From the NCBI GenBank assembly GCA_963761305.1, contig CAVXGK010000001.1, positions 1,312,001 through 1,376,000 of the forward strand: DNA of 64,000 bases, in the 5' to 3' direction. The translations under genes and the position numbers were made by a program. This stretch comes from an uncultured Gemmatimonadaceae bacterium. GTDB taxonomy: Bacteria; Gemmatimonadota; Gemmatimonadetes; Gemmatimonadales; Gemmatimonadaceae. This document shows positions 18,446 through 28,326 of the stretch, in pieces. The first letter of the stretch is position 1, and each line of letters begins with the position of its first letter. Below the pieces are notes generated by a model. It ran no database searches. It saw only the letters and a program-made list of their open reading frames with translations, and was not told where the DNA came from.

Positions 18446-18861
18446 CGAAACGCTCAATCTTCGCCGCCGCCGGCGTGCTCGCGACCTTCTCGCTCGGCGC
18501 GACGGCCGACCATCTCGTCTTCGCCGCGCAGCAGCAGCCGGCGATCAAGCGCACGATCCTCCAGCGGACCGATGATCCCGCATCGTCCAGGTACGAGGCG
18601 ATCATGGGCATCTCGGAGATTCCGCCGGGCGGCACGTCGGGTCGGCACCGGCACGCGGGCATCGAACTGGCCTACGTTCTCGACGGCTCCGTCGAGCTCG
18701 TGCACGAGGGCAAACCGCCCGTGACCATCAAGGCCGGCGAGGTGACGACGAACACCGCCGGTGGCATTCACGTGGCGACGAACCGCGGTTCGGTTCCGGT
18801 CAAGATTCTCACCGTGTACGTCGTCGAGAAAGGCAAGCCGCTCGCCGAAATCGTACCGTAG
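18442..18861 (+). CDS. Secreted cupin domain protein
   Basis: Signal peptide; HRHAGIELAYVLDG and GIHVATN cupin motifs. Confidence 0.9.
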   Translation: MTKRSIFAAAGVLATFSLGATADHLVFAAQQQPAIKRTILQRTDDPASSRYEAIMGISEIPPGGTSGRHRHAGIELAYVLDGSVELVHEGKPPVTIKAGEVTTNTAGGIHVATNRGSVPVKILTVYVVEKGKPLAEIVP

Positions 18862-18869
18862 AACACGAG

Positions 18870-19394
18870 CTAGGAAGACGCTGCGTCTTCCTTGATCTGC
18901 GCGGCGTGGCGTGCCGCGTGAGAACCGGCGAACGCGATCCAGCCATAGCCTGAGAGTGGACCGAGCGCCGGATGCGGCGCCGAGACTTCGCCGAGCGACA
19001 GGCCGTCGGCGGATTGGATCACGTCCTTCAGCTCGCCGCGCGCCGCTTCGAACTCGGTCCACACGCGCGACGCGTCGGTGTCGCGCGGCTCACCGAACTC
19101 CGACGTCTTGACTCGTCGCGCCCGACCCTGCACGCGCTCCGTGTCGACGACCGTGAACACGGACGAGCTGTCCGTTTCGGGCGCGACCGCGCGCGCTTGC
19201 TCGATGAGCGATTGCAGTCGTTTGACGAGCAGCCGCTCGACGATCGTCACGTGATGCACGACCTCCGCCGCTGACCATCGGTCCGGCGCCGGGCGAATCG
19301 ACCGGCGCTCCGGCGGGATCGCCTCGAATTCGACGCGGAGCGCGTCGGCCTGGCGATCGATGTAGTCGAGAAGCTGCGCGATTCGTGGATGCAT
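18870..19394 (-). CDS. DinB/YfiT family protein
   Basis: WSAAEVVHHV...HPALGPL...HAARHAAQI. Confidence 0.88.
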   Translation of the reverse strand: MHPRIAQLLDYIDRQADALRVEFEAIPPERRSIRPAPDRWSAAEVVHHVTIVERLLVKRLQSLIEQARAVAPETDSSSVFTVVDTERVQGRARRVKTSEFGEPRDTDASRVWTEFEAARGELKDVIQSADGLSLGEVSAPHPALGPLSGYGWIAFAGSHAARHAAQIKEDAASS

Positions 19395-19515
19395 GTTCGA
19401 AAGAAAGTGCCTGTCGTGACGGCGTGAAAGCCGGTGAATCGCCTGGCGGAAGCGGCCCGCCGCGGCTATTGTCGCCGCACCTTTCGCCGTCTCCAACGCC
19501 GACGCCGAGCGATAC

Positions 19516-21276
19516 GTGCCCGCCTCGTCTCTCCAGAAGCCGCCGGACATTCGCGAGTTCTCGCCGCGCTCGATCTTCGTCGGATTGATCGTCGCGCTGG
19601 TCATCGGGGCGTCGTATCCGTACGTCGTACTCAAGTTCGGCTTCGGCCCGAACATCTCCGTCGTCTCGGCGTTCTTCGGCTTTCTGGCGCTCGGCCTCTT
19701 CTCGCGCAGCTACAACCGCTGGGAGAACAACGTCGTTCAGACCGCCGGCACCACGGCGGGGCAGATCGCCTTTCTGTGCTGGCTGCTCGCGGCGTTCGAC
19801 ATCATGAGCGCCGACCCGACCAGCGGGTTCGACATCCATCTGACGCGGATGCAGACGTTCATTTGGCTGTCGGCGTCGGGGCTGCTCGGCGTGTTCCTCG
19901 CCGTGCCGCTGCGCAAACATTTTATCGAAGACGAGAACCTTCCCTTCCCCGACGGCATCGCGGCGGGCGAGACGCTCATCATGCTCGACTCGCACGGCCC
20001 GCAGGCGCGCAAGTCGGCGTTCGCGATGGTCGGCGCGCTGCTCGTGTCGGGCCTGACGTTCCTCGGGACGCAGCTTCAGTGGATCGTCGACACGATTCCC
20101 GTCTCGGTCAACGCCTTCTCGTCGCGGCTCGGCATCGGGTTCGGCATCTCGTTCCTGAACATCGGATCGGGCATCATCATCGGGCTGCGCATCAGCACGA
20201 GCATGTTCATCGGCGGCGTCATCGGCTGGATCCTCGCGCCGCCGTGGCTTCTCTCGCACGGACTCATCGCCGCCGACGCGAAACGTGTCGACGTCTTGCT
20301 CACCGTGATGTGGTTCGCCGTCGGCATGCTGATCGCGGGCGGCATCGCGGGTCTCGCGCTGCGGTGGCGCGTGCTCGCGAAATCGTTCAAGGGATTGACC
20401 GCGAAGGGCGAGACCGGCGACTTGCCCCTGCACTGGGTGTGGATCGGCGCCGGCGCGTCGACGGTGTTTCTGATCATCGTGCAGAGCGCGTTCTTCCATA
20501 CGCCGGTCTGGCAATCGGTCGTCGCGATCGGGCTCTCGGTGCCGCTCGGCCTCGTCGCGTTGCGCGTGCTCGGCGAAACAAACTGGGGTCCGATCAGCAC
20601 GATGGTGAATCTCGTGCAGGCGATCTTCGGCGGACTCGCGCCGGGCGATCTGCGCGCGAGCATGGTGTCGAGCGGCATCACCGGCGCGGTGGCGGCCGAG
20701 TCGGAGGGGTTGATGCAGGACTTCCGCGCCGGCCAGATGATCAACTCGACGCCGCGGATCCTCACGTACATGCAGCTCCTCGCCGTGCCGTTTGGCGCGC
20801 TCGCGCTGGCGTTCATGTATCCGCTGCTGCGCGACACCTACGGCATCATCGGCGACCACGCGCAGCTGTTGAGTCCAACGTCGCAGCGGTGGGTCGGTTT
20901 CGCGAAGATCGTGACGCGCGATTTTTCGGCGGCGACGCTCACGCCGGCGGCGGCGATGCAACTGGCGTGGATGAAGGAGTCATTCGGCGCCGGCGTGGTC
21001 GTCGGCGTGCTGCTGACGTTGCTCGAGCAGCGAAAGGACTGGCACTGGTTCCTGCCATCGCCCACCGGCATGGGCATCGCGATGCTCATTCCGTTCAGCG
21101 CGGTGACGGTGATCTTCCTCGGCGCCGTCGCCGATCGCATTTGGAAGATGCTCAACCCCGGCACACACGAACGCTATTCGATTCCGGTCGCGTCGGGATT
21201 GATCGCCGGCGAAGCGTTGGTCGCGGTGATCATTCCGCTGCTCGTCACGCTGCACCTCATGAAGTTGCCGTCGTAG
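19516..21276 (+). CDS. OPT family oligopeptide transporter
   Basis: YVVLKFG, ENNVVQT, LPFPDGIA, GETNWGP, LMQDFRAG, SGLIAGE. Confidence 0.9.
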   Translation: MPASSLQKPPDIREFSPRSIFVGLIVALVIGASYPYVVLKFGFGPNISVVSAFFGFLALGLFSRSYNRWENNVVQTAGTTAGQIAFLCWLLAAFDIMSADPTSGFDIHLTRMQTFIWLSASGLLGVFLAVPLRKHFIEDENLPFPDGIAAGETLIMLDSHGPQARKSAFAMVGALLVSGLTFLGTQLQWIVDTIPVSVNAFSSRLGIGFGISFLNIGSGIIIGLRISTSMFIGGVIGWILAPPWLLSHGLIAADAKRVDVLLTVMWFAVGMLIAGGIAGLALRWRVLAKSFKGLTAKGETGDLPLHWVWIGAGASTVFLIIVQSAFFHTPVWQSVVAIGLSVPLGLVALRVLGETNWGPISTMVNLVQAIFGGLAPGDLRASMVSSGITGAVAAESEGLMQDFRAGQMINSTPRILTYMQLLAVPFGALALAFMYPLLRDTYGIIGDHAQLLSPTSQRWVGFAKIVTRDFSAATLTPAAAMQLAWMKESFGAGVVVGVLLTLLEQRKDWHWFLPSPTGMGIAMLIPFSAVTVIFLGAVADRIWKMLNPGTHERYSIPVASGLIAGEALVAVIIPLLVTLHLMKLPS

Positions 21277-21277
21277 G

Positions 21278-22102
21278 ATGATCGTTCATCTCATCGACGG
21301 CACGTACGAGCTGTTCCGCCACTTTTATGGTCAGCGGCGGTTCAACGAGGGCCAAGACTCGAAGTACGGTGCGGCGATCGGCGTCTTGAACACCGTCCTC
21401 CAGATGATCGAAGGCGGCGCGACGCACCTCGGCGTCGCCACCGACCGCGTGATCGAGTCGTTCCGCAACGATCTCTGGCCCGGCTACAAGACGGGCGCGG
21501 GAATCGACGCCGCGCTGTGGGCGCAGTTTCGACCGCTGGAGGACGCGCTCGAGGCGATGGGCGTCGCGCTGTGGCCGATGGTCGAGCTCGAGGCGGACGA
21601 CGCGCTCGCATCGGCGGCACACATCGCCGAGCAGGACGCAGTGGTCGACAAGGTGTCGATCTGGACGCCCGACAAGGATCTCGCGCAGTGCGTGCGCGGC
21701 GACCGGGTGGTGCAGGTCGACCGTCGCTCGCAAAAAATTCGCGACGAAGCCGGCGTGCGCGAAAAGTTCGGCGTCGAGCCGCGTTTGATCCCCGACTATC
21801 TCGCGCTCGTCGGCGACAGCGCCGACGGTTATCCGGGTCTTCCCGGCATCGGCGCCGTGACCGCCGCTCGACTCATCAACCGCCACGGGCCGCTCGAGCA
21901 ATTCCCCGCGGAGGTGCTCGGCGACAAGCGCGAGCTGGCACTGCTCTTCAAGACGCTCGCGACCCTCCGTACCGACGCGCCGCTATTCGCCGATGTCTCC
22001 GCGCTCGAGTGGCGCGGCCCAACCGCGCAGTTCGCCGAATTCGCAACGCGCTTCGACGATCCACGGCTGCAAGCCCGCGCTGCAGCGGCGGAAGCGCGTT
22101 AA
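21278..22102 (+). CDS. 5'-3' exonuclease (flap endonuclease-like, PIN plus H3TH)
   Basis: LIDG, GYKTG, EADDALAS, DKDLAQ, LVGDSADGYPGLPGIG. Confidence 0.92.
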   Translation: MIVHLIDGTYELFRHFYGQRRFNEGQDSKYGAAIGVLNTVLQMIEGGATHLGVATDRVIESFRNDLWPGYKTGAGIDAALWAQFRPLEDALEAMGVALWPMVELEADDALASAAHIAEQDAVVDKVSIWTPDKDLAQCVRGDRVVQVDRRSQKIRDEAGVREKFGVEPRLIPDYLALVGDSADGYPGLPGIGAVTAARLINRHGPLEQFPAEVLGDKRELALLFKTLATLRTDAPLFADVSALEWRGPTAQFAEFATRFDDPRLQARAAAAEAR

Positions 22103-22151
22103 CGTGGGTCGCCTGTGTGGCTCCGGGTGACGACGATGTCGGCTGTCCCTG

Positions 22152-22290
22152 GCATCTACGACACGGTACTGCAACGGATTTCCGCGGAATGAACGGATGT
22201 CGCGGAAACAACATTGGCTTTCTAAAAAGGCTCTTGAGTCATGTTCCAATTCCGTCAGGTCCGCGAGAATCCGCAGTCCCTAGTCGTAGT
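22152..22290. repeat. Intergenic palindromic element, CGGA-periodic family
   Basis: CATCTACGAC...ACGGATTTCCGCGGA arm, AT-rich loop, TCCG...TCCGCG...ATCCGC...GTCGTAG arm; between convergent genes. Confidence 0.7.
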
Positions 22291-22329
22291 GGCCAGCCAG
22301 CGCGACAAAGGTTCGATGCTACACGAGTC

Positions 22330-24291
22330 TCATCGGACCACGAACGTCACCGTCGCCGGCTCGCTGGTCGCGCCGCCGCTGCTCACGGTGTAGGTGAACG
22401 AGTCCGTCCCGGTGAACGACGCGCTCGGCGTGTACGTGAAGCTGCCGTCCGGATTCAGCGCCAGCTTGCCGTGCGCCGGCTTCGTGACGACGGAAGCGGT
22501 CGCCGGTGACGCGCTCGCGTTCGCGAAACCCCGGCCGCCGGTTTCGACGAGGCCCGGCGCGCGCACGGCGAGCGGCTTGCCCTTCGCCAGCGCGTAGATG
22601 TGCGGCAGCGCGACAAGTCCGGGGGTCCCCGCTCCCCGTCCTCCTCCACGTCCCGCTGGCACGGCTGGCATCTCACTCGGCGAAAAGCGCGGCAGCATGT
22701 CGTCGCGATTGGCGAGTCCCCACATTACGGAGGCGGTGAGCACGGCGTTGTGCATCACGTCTTCCGGAACGATGCGCTCGTAGGTGTCGAGGTTCGTGTG
22801 CCACGTCGTGCTGTTGTACTCGATCGGGTCTTGTTGTGCGCCGATCCCGGGAAGGCCGGCGACGGCGAACGCGCCGTTGTCGCTGCCGCCCTCGACGCGC
22901 GCCGTGGACGCCGTCGCGCCGAACACGCCCCAATCGTCGAACGGCTTCAGGTACTGGGCGAGGATCGCCGCGGCCTGCGGCGGCCCGAAGATCGACGCGC
23001 CGCGTACGCGTCCCGTGCCATCGTCGATGTTCCAATAGGCGTCGATCTTGCCGAAGTCCTTCCCCGGCGACTCGGCGCTTCCAAAATGATCTTTCACATA
23101 TGCGAATGAGCCGAGCAAGCCTTCCTCTTCGCCACTCCAGAGCGCGACGCGGATCGTGCGGCGCGGCTTGGCGCCGATCGTCTCGAGGATGCGCGCCGCC
23201 TCCATCATGATCGCGCAGCCGATCGCGTTGTCCGTCGCGCCGGTGGCGCTGGTCCAGGAATCGAGGTGGCCGCCCATCATCACGACTTCGTCGGCCTTGT
23301 CCGTGCCGGGAATCTCGGCCACCGTCACGTACGACGTCTTGCCCTGCGGGAAGTACTGGTTCGATACGTTGAACTCGACCGCCACCGGCGTGCCGTCGCC
23401 GATGATGCGGAAGATGCGGCCGTAGTCGTCGGTGCGAAGAATGACGGCCGGCGGCTGTGGCGTCGTGTCGTCGTAGATCTGCCCCGCGCCGTTCTGCGCG
23501 ACGATCACGCCCGGAATGCGTCCCGGACCCTGCGGAGTGAGACGCAGCGCCGGCGGGTTGTCGCGCAGGAACTGCGTGATGCGCTGATTGACCTGTTGCG
23601 CCGAGAGATGACCTTCCGGTGGAGGCGTCTGCGCGCCGCGGCCTCCGCGTCCACCACCGAACGGACCGCCGCCGCGTCCGCCGCGTCCTGGGGCGTTCGG
23701 ATCCTGCGGCGCGTAGCGTTCGCGCACCTGATCGTCCGGCGTACGCTTGGCTCGCTCGTTGAAGTTCACCGGCACCGCGGGCGGCGCTCCGACCATGACG
23801 ATGCCGCCTTTCACCTTGTGCGCGAGCGGCGCGAGATAGTCGGCGAGCTCCTGCTCGGTCGGCGCTTCAGGCGGCACGATGCTCACCACGTCGCCCTTCA
23901 CCGTTCCTTTCGTCGACGGCGACCAGGGCACCGCCTCGAACTTCACGTTCGCGTGCACCGGCGACGTGATGAATCCCTCGGCGCGCCCCGGCACCCAGCC
24001 GACGCCGCGCCACGTGAACGGCTCGAGATGCGCGTTCTGCATGCCCCAACCCGTCATCGTCTTGACCGCCCAATTCGCCGCCGCGACGTGATTCGGCGAG
24101 CCGATCGGGCGCGGACCGTAGACGTCCGTCAAGAAGTGCTCGATCCACATGATCTTCGAATGATCCATGCCTTCCGCACGGATCTTCGCGTTCATCGCGG
24201 AATCGATGTGCTCCGCCGGCTGCTGCGCCGCGGCCGCGATCGAGAAAACGAAAAGAGGGGCAGCCGCCAACGACTGCAGTCGAATCGACAT
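22330..24291 (-). CDS. Secreted M28 family peptidase with C-terminal Ig-like (Big_9/cadherin-like) domain
   Basis: GGHLDSW, GATDNA, WSGEEEGL, GSDN, WHTNLD; C-terminal PAHGKL.LNPDGSFTYTP...GTDSFTYTV. Confidence 0.9.
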   Translation of the reverse strand: MSIRLQSLAAAPLFVFSIAAAAQQPAEHIDSAMNAKIRAEGMDHSKIMWIEHFLTDVYGPRPIGSPNHVAAANWAVKTMTGWGMQNAHLEPFTWRGVGWVPGRAEGFITSPVHANVKFEAVPWSPSTKGTVKGDVVSIVPPEAPTEQELADYLAPLAHKVKGGIVMVGAPPAVPVNFNERAKRTPDDQVRERYAPQDPNAPGRGGRGGGPFGGGRGGRGAQTPPPEGHLSAQQVNQRITQFLRDNPPALRLTPQGPGRIPGVIVAQNGAGQIYDDTTPQPPAVILRTDDYGRIFRIIGDGTPVAVEFNVSNQYFPQGKTSYVTVAEIPGTDKADEVVMMGGHLDSWTSATGATDNAIGCAIMMEAARILETIGAKPRRTIRVALWSGEEEGLLGSFAYVKDHFGSAESPGKDFGKIDAYWNIDDGTGRVRGASIFGPPQAAAILAQYLKPFDDWGVFGATASTARVEGGSDNGAFAVAGLPGIGAQQDPIEYNSTTWHTNLDTYERIVPEDVMHNAVLTASVMWGLANRDDMLPRFSPSEMPAVPAGRGGGRGAGTPGLVALPHIYALAKGKPLAVRAPGLVETGGRGFANASASPATASVVTKPAHGKLALNPDGSFTYTPSASFTGTDSFTYTVSSGGATSEPATVTFVVR

Positions 24292-24394
24292 TCGTGCTCC
24301 TGAACAGGCTGAGTGAGGTGCCGTTCGTATACGTTGGCGGCCAATGGCGTGTTGGGCAACGAGCCTGCGTGCTCTCCAGATTTGCCTCAACGAT

Positions 24395-24436
24395 CGGACC
24401 GCGGACACAAACGGATTTGACGGATACGAACGGATG
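24395..24436 (+). repeat. Single arm of the CGGA-periodic element
   Basis: GCGGACACAAACGGATTTGACGGATACGAACGGA closely resembles the left arm at 53613-53646. Confidence 0.6.
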
Positions 24437-24454
24437 ACGTGATTCTTGTTGTTC

Positions 24455-25201
24455 ATGGCGACCGAACTCCGTGGCCCGGTCAAGACACCTGTCTTCCTGA
24501 CGGCCGAATGGCTCAATCTCGTGCTGCTCAACTACATCGTGCCGCCGGCGCTCCTCGAGCCGCTGGTGCCGAACGGAACGGAGCTCGATCTCTGGCGCGG
24601 CGAGGCATACGTGAGCGTCGTCGGATTCGTGTTCGCCAACACGCGCGTGCGCGGTGTCGCGATTCCGTTTCACCAGACGTTCGAGGAAGTGAATCTGCGG
24701 TTCTACGTCAGGCGTCGTGTCGACGGCGACGAGCGGCGCGCCGTGACCTTCGTTCGCGAGCTCGTGCCTCGCCTCGCCATCGCCGTGACCGCGCGTCTCA
24801 TGTACAACGAGCCGTACCTGCACCTCGCGATGTCGCACCAAGTCGATCTCAATCCTTCCGCCCAGTCACGCGCCGAGTATCGGTGGACGTCGGAGGGCGC
24901 ATCGGGCGCTGTCGTCGGCGACGGATTGGGCGAACCAGGGGTTCCGGCCGCCGACACCGAGGAAGCGTTCATGACCCAACGGCACTGGGGTTACACGCGC
25001 CAGCGCGACGGGTCCACGGTCGAGTATTTCGTCGCGCATCCGGCGTGGCGCGTGAGCCGGATCGAGCGCGGCTTTCTCGACGGCGACGCGACGCGCGTGT
25101 TCGGCCCGGAGTTTGCCGCGATCTTCACCCGCCCGCCGAGCTCGGCCTTCTTCGCCGACGGTTCGGCGGTGGCGGTTCACGATCCGGTGCGGCTCGAGTA
25201 G
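24455..25201 (+). CDS. DUF2071 (YqjF) family protein
   Basis: FLTAEW.NL.LLNY, FEEVNLRFYV, HWGYT, YFVAHPAW. Confidence 0.88.
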   Translation: MATELRGPVKTPVFLTAEWLNLVLLNYIVPPALLEPLVPNGTELDLWRGEAYVSVVGFVFANTRVRGVAIPFHQTFEEVNLRFYVRRRVDGDERRAVTFVRELVPRLAIAVTARLMYNEPYLHLAMSHQVDLNPSAQSRAEYRWTSEGASGAVVGDGLGEPGVPAADTEEAFMTQRHWGYTRQRDGSTVEYFVAHPAWRVSRIERGFLDGDATRVFGPEFAAIFTRPPSSAFFADGSAVAVHDPVRLE

Positions 25202-25227
25202 ATCGACGTCTCTTGCAAGGAGGATCG

Positions 25228-25707
25228 GTGGCGGCAACGGAAGCTTGGCGACGCATCGTCGCGTCGTCGCTCGATTGGGAGCAGGCGCACGCGTCGCTCG
25301 ATCACGCGATCAAAGGGCTGGCGCCTGAACTGCGCGGCAAGCGGCCGGTGAATTTCCCGCACTCGGCGTGGGAACTGCTCGATCACATCCGCGCCACGCA
25401 GCACGACCTGCTCGACTTCTGCACCAACGAGAACTATCAGGAAGCGAAATGGCCGGACGACTATTGGCCGAAGACGCCCGCGCCGCCGAGCGACGCGGCG
25501 TGGAACGAGTGCGTGGCGACGATCCATCGCGACGCGAAGGCGCTGGCTGATTTCACGATCAACGACCCGCGCGATCTCACGACGAAAATTCCGCACGGTA
25601 CGGGACAGACCTACCTGCGCAGCGTGCTCGTGGTGGTCGACCACACGGCGTATCACGTCGGGCAATTGATCGCGGTGCGCCGATTGCTCGACGCATGGCA
25701 AGGCTGA
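25228..25707 (+). CDS. DinB family protein
   Basis: AGGAGG RBS then GTG; HSAWELLDHIR...DHTAYHVGQL. Confidence 0.88.
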   Translation: MAATEAWRRIVASSLDWEQAHASLDHAIKGLAPELRGKRPVNFPHSAWELLDHIRATQHDLLDFCTNENYQEAKWPDDYWPKTPAPPSDAAWNECVATIHRDAKALADFTINDPRDLTTKIPHGTGQTYLRSVLVVVDHTAYHVGQLIAVRRLLDAWQG

Positions 25708-25733
25708 CGCGCTTGCGGCTGACGGGCGAGCGG

Positions 25734-26744
25734 CTATCGGCTCGGCATGGGACACGTCGCCATCACTAGCGGCGACGCGCCGCCTTCGCTCGTGAAAACG
25801 AATCGTCCGCGGTTGTCGATCCAGCTGATTCCCTCGCCTTGCGCTTCGCCGAGGATGAGGATGTTGCACGACGTCGGCGGGACGGAGTGATCGACTTTGC
25901 CCGTCGCCGAGTCGGTCGCGAACACGTAGACCTGTTCGTACGTGCGAACCGCCAGGTGACGGCTGTCGGGTGAGAGCGCGGCGTCGGTGACGACCCGGAG
26001 CGGCGCGGACCCGGGCACGATCGGCAGGCTGTCGACGCGCTCGGCGACCACCTGGCCGGTCGATCCCCAATCGCTCGCCGGCAGCCGATAGACCAACGCG
26101 GGACGAAGGTGGCGGTCGCCACCCTTGGCGCGCAGCGGTCGCTTGGAGATGAGGAACACGTCGCCGTTCGGCGCGACGTACATCGCTTCCACGTCGCGCG
26201 GGCCGTCGGGATACACGTACGTCAGCTTCTCGGCGGCGAAGGCGCCGTTGAATTCGGGAGACGTTGCCGCCGTCGGCTCGGCGCTGCGGTAGATCACGCG
26301 AGTCGGATAGACCGCGGCGTTGTCGCCTGTGTCGCCGATGTAGAGACACGCCGCCGTTCGCTGCTGCGCGCCGCATGGACCAAGCGACGCCGATTCCCAA
26401 TCGACGTTCGACGCGTTCGTCACACGCCAGACGCCGCGATCGTTCCCGCTGGTGTCGAGCGCGAAGACGAGCGGCTCGTTGTCGGAGTCGTTCATCGAGT
26501 AGAACACGCCGGGCTGGCTCCGGCTCATCACGGCGACGGAATTCTCCAGCAGCTCGGGTCGCGCGTGGAGCGGAACGATCGAGATCGCGGTGGGCTGCGC
26601 GCCCATCGAGTCCGTGCCGACGTACACCGTTCTGCCTTCGTCGTCGGCGTTTGCGGCGCGCTCACACGCGCACAGCGTCAGTACGGCAGCCACTGCGCCA
26701 AATCGGATCCGTCGCCCAGCCCGCGTCGATAAATTGCCGCGCAT
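25734..26744 (-). CDS. Hypothetical lipoprotein, probable beta-propeller (SdiA-regulated/phytase-like)
   Basis: Lipobox LCAC; NDSD, DWE, IGDTGDN, DVEAM, QGEGI, TSEG motifs. Start uncertain. Confidence 0.75.
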   Translation of the reverse strand: MRGNLSTRAGRRIRFGAVAAVLTLCACERAANADDEGRTVYVGTDSMGAQPTAISIVPLHARPELLENSVAVMSRSQPGVFYSMNDSDNEPLVFALDTSGNDRGVWRVTNASNVDWESASLGPCGAQQRTAACLYIGDTGDNAAVYPTRVIYRSAEPTAATSPEFNGAFAAEKLTYVYPDGPRDVEAMYVAPNGDVFLISKRPLRAKGGDRHLRPALVYRLPASDWGSTGQVVAERVDSLPIVPGSAPLRVVTDAALSPDSRHLAVRTYEQVYVFATDSATGKVDHSVPPTSCNILILGEAQGEGISWIDNRGRFVFTSEGGASPLVMATCPMPSR

Positions 26745-28077
26745 GCACCCCATCACGTTGCGTCTCGTCCTCATTGGTTCTACCGCCGTCGGCGCGCTGA
26801 CGTTGGTCGCCCGGCCGGCCAATGCGCAATCGGCGCTCTCGCCGGCCGAGCGAGCGATGGTCCGCGCCGTCGACGCCCACCGCGACGAATCCCTCGCGCT
26901 CCTCGAGCGTTTGGTGAACATAAACAGCGGCACGATGAACTTTGCGGGCGTCCGCGAAGTCGCGGACGCGCTTCGCCCGTCGTTCGAGGCGCTGGGCTTC
27001 ACCACGCGCTGGGTCGATGGGGCCGCATTCCATCGCGCGGGCCACCTCATCGCGGAACATCCGGGACCGGGCCCGAAGATCCTGCTCATCGGGCACCTCG
27101 ACACCGTTTTCGAACCGACCAGCCCATTTCAACGCTTCGAGCGGCTGAACGACTCGACGGCACGGGGGCCTGGCGTGATCGACATGAAAGGAGGCGACGT
27201 CATTCTTCTTTTCGCTCTGCGCGCACTGGCCGACGCCGGTACGCTCGCCAAGATGAACGTGACGGTCGTGTTCGACGGCGACGAAGAGGAAGCCGGCACT
27301 CCGGTCGACGCCGCGCGACGGGCGCTCGGCGACGCGGCGACCGGAGCACGCTACGCGCTGGGTTTCGAGGACGGCGCGGGGGATCCCAAGACCGCCGTCA
27401 TCTCGCGCCGAAGCGCGGGCTCGTGGACGGTGCGGACAACCGGCAATCCGGCGCACTCGTCGCAGATCTTCAAACCGGAGGTCGGCGCGGGCGCGGTGTA
27501 CGAAGCGTCGAGGATTCTCTCCGAGTTCTACACGCGGCTGTCGAAGGAGGCGTACCTCACGTTCAACCCGGGTCTCGCCGTCGGCGGCACACTGGTGAAG
27601 GTCGATACCACCGGCACCCAGGCCACGGTCGCCGGCAAGCGCAACGTCGTCGCCGAGCACATGGAGGTCACCGGAGACCTGCGCACGCTGTCACCCGAGC
27701 AGCACGCGACGGCGGAGCGCACGATGCGCGAGATCGTCGCGAAACACTTGCCGCAAACGTCAGCGACGATCGACTTCGACGACAGCTATCCGCCGATGGC
27801 GCCGACCGCCGGCAACCGCCGGCTGCTCGCGCTCTACGATCAAGCGAGCCGCGACCTCGGCTTCGGCCCGGTGGTCGCTGTCGATCCGTCGCGAGCCGGA
27901 GCGGCCGACGTGTCGTTCGTCGCCGCGAAGGTGCCGATGATCCTCGACGGGATTGGACTCTCCGGCCACGACGATCACACCGAGAAGGAGACCGCCGACC
28001 TTCGCATGCTCGCCCCAATGACCAAGCGCGCCGCGCTGCTCATGCTTCGCATTAGCGACGGCTCGGTGGGTCCGTAG
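26743..28077 (+). CDS. Secreted M20 family peptidase (carboxypeptidase G2-like)
   Basis: LVNINSGT, GHLDTVF, GPGVIDMKGG, DEEE, HSS. Confidence 0.92.
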   Translation: MHPITLRLVLIGSTAVGALTLVARPANAQSALSPAERAMVRAVDAHRDESLALLERLVNINSGTMNFAGVREVADALRPSFEALGFTTRWVDGAAFHRAGHLIAEHPGPGPKILLIGHLDTVFEPTSPFQRFERLNDSTARGPGVIDMKGGDVILLFALRALADAGTLAKMNVTVVFDGDEEEAGTPVDAARRALGDAATGARYALGFEDGAGDPKTAVISRRSAGSWTVRTTGNPAHSSQIFKPEVGAGAVYEASRILSEFYTRLSKEAYLTFNPGLAVGGTLVKVDTTGTQATVAGKRNVVAEHMEVTGDLRTLSPEQHATAERTMREIVAKHLPQTSATIDFDDSYPPMAPTAGNRRLLALYDQASRDLGFGPVVAVDPSRAGAADVSFVAAKVPMILDGIGLSGHDDHTEKETADLRMLAPMTKRAALLMLRISDGSVGP

Positions 28078-28159
28078 CTCGACCTGGCGCGGCTGAGCCG
28101 GGCAGCGCCCGCACTCTGTGCCCGTTACTGGCGGCCGGCCGCTTCCTGGCCCAGAATCA

Positions 28160-28213
28160 GTCCGGCCGTCCGGCCGTCGCTGTTCACCCGTCTACCTGTC
28201 CACCCGTCCACCT
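28160..28213 (+). repeat. Octamer-periodic tandem tract
   Basis: GTCCGGCC x2, then GTTCACCC GTCTACCT GTCCACCC GTCCACCT. Confidence 0.65.
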
Positions 28214-28326
28214 GCCTAGTTGGACGCAACGAGATGGACATTTTGCACGTTTCGGTTACACAGGCCGCGTCCGCGCGCGGCCGGTTGGCCATAGTCCTTC
28301 TCCCGCCCCCGCCCCCCGAGGCCCGC

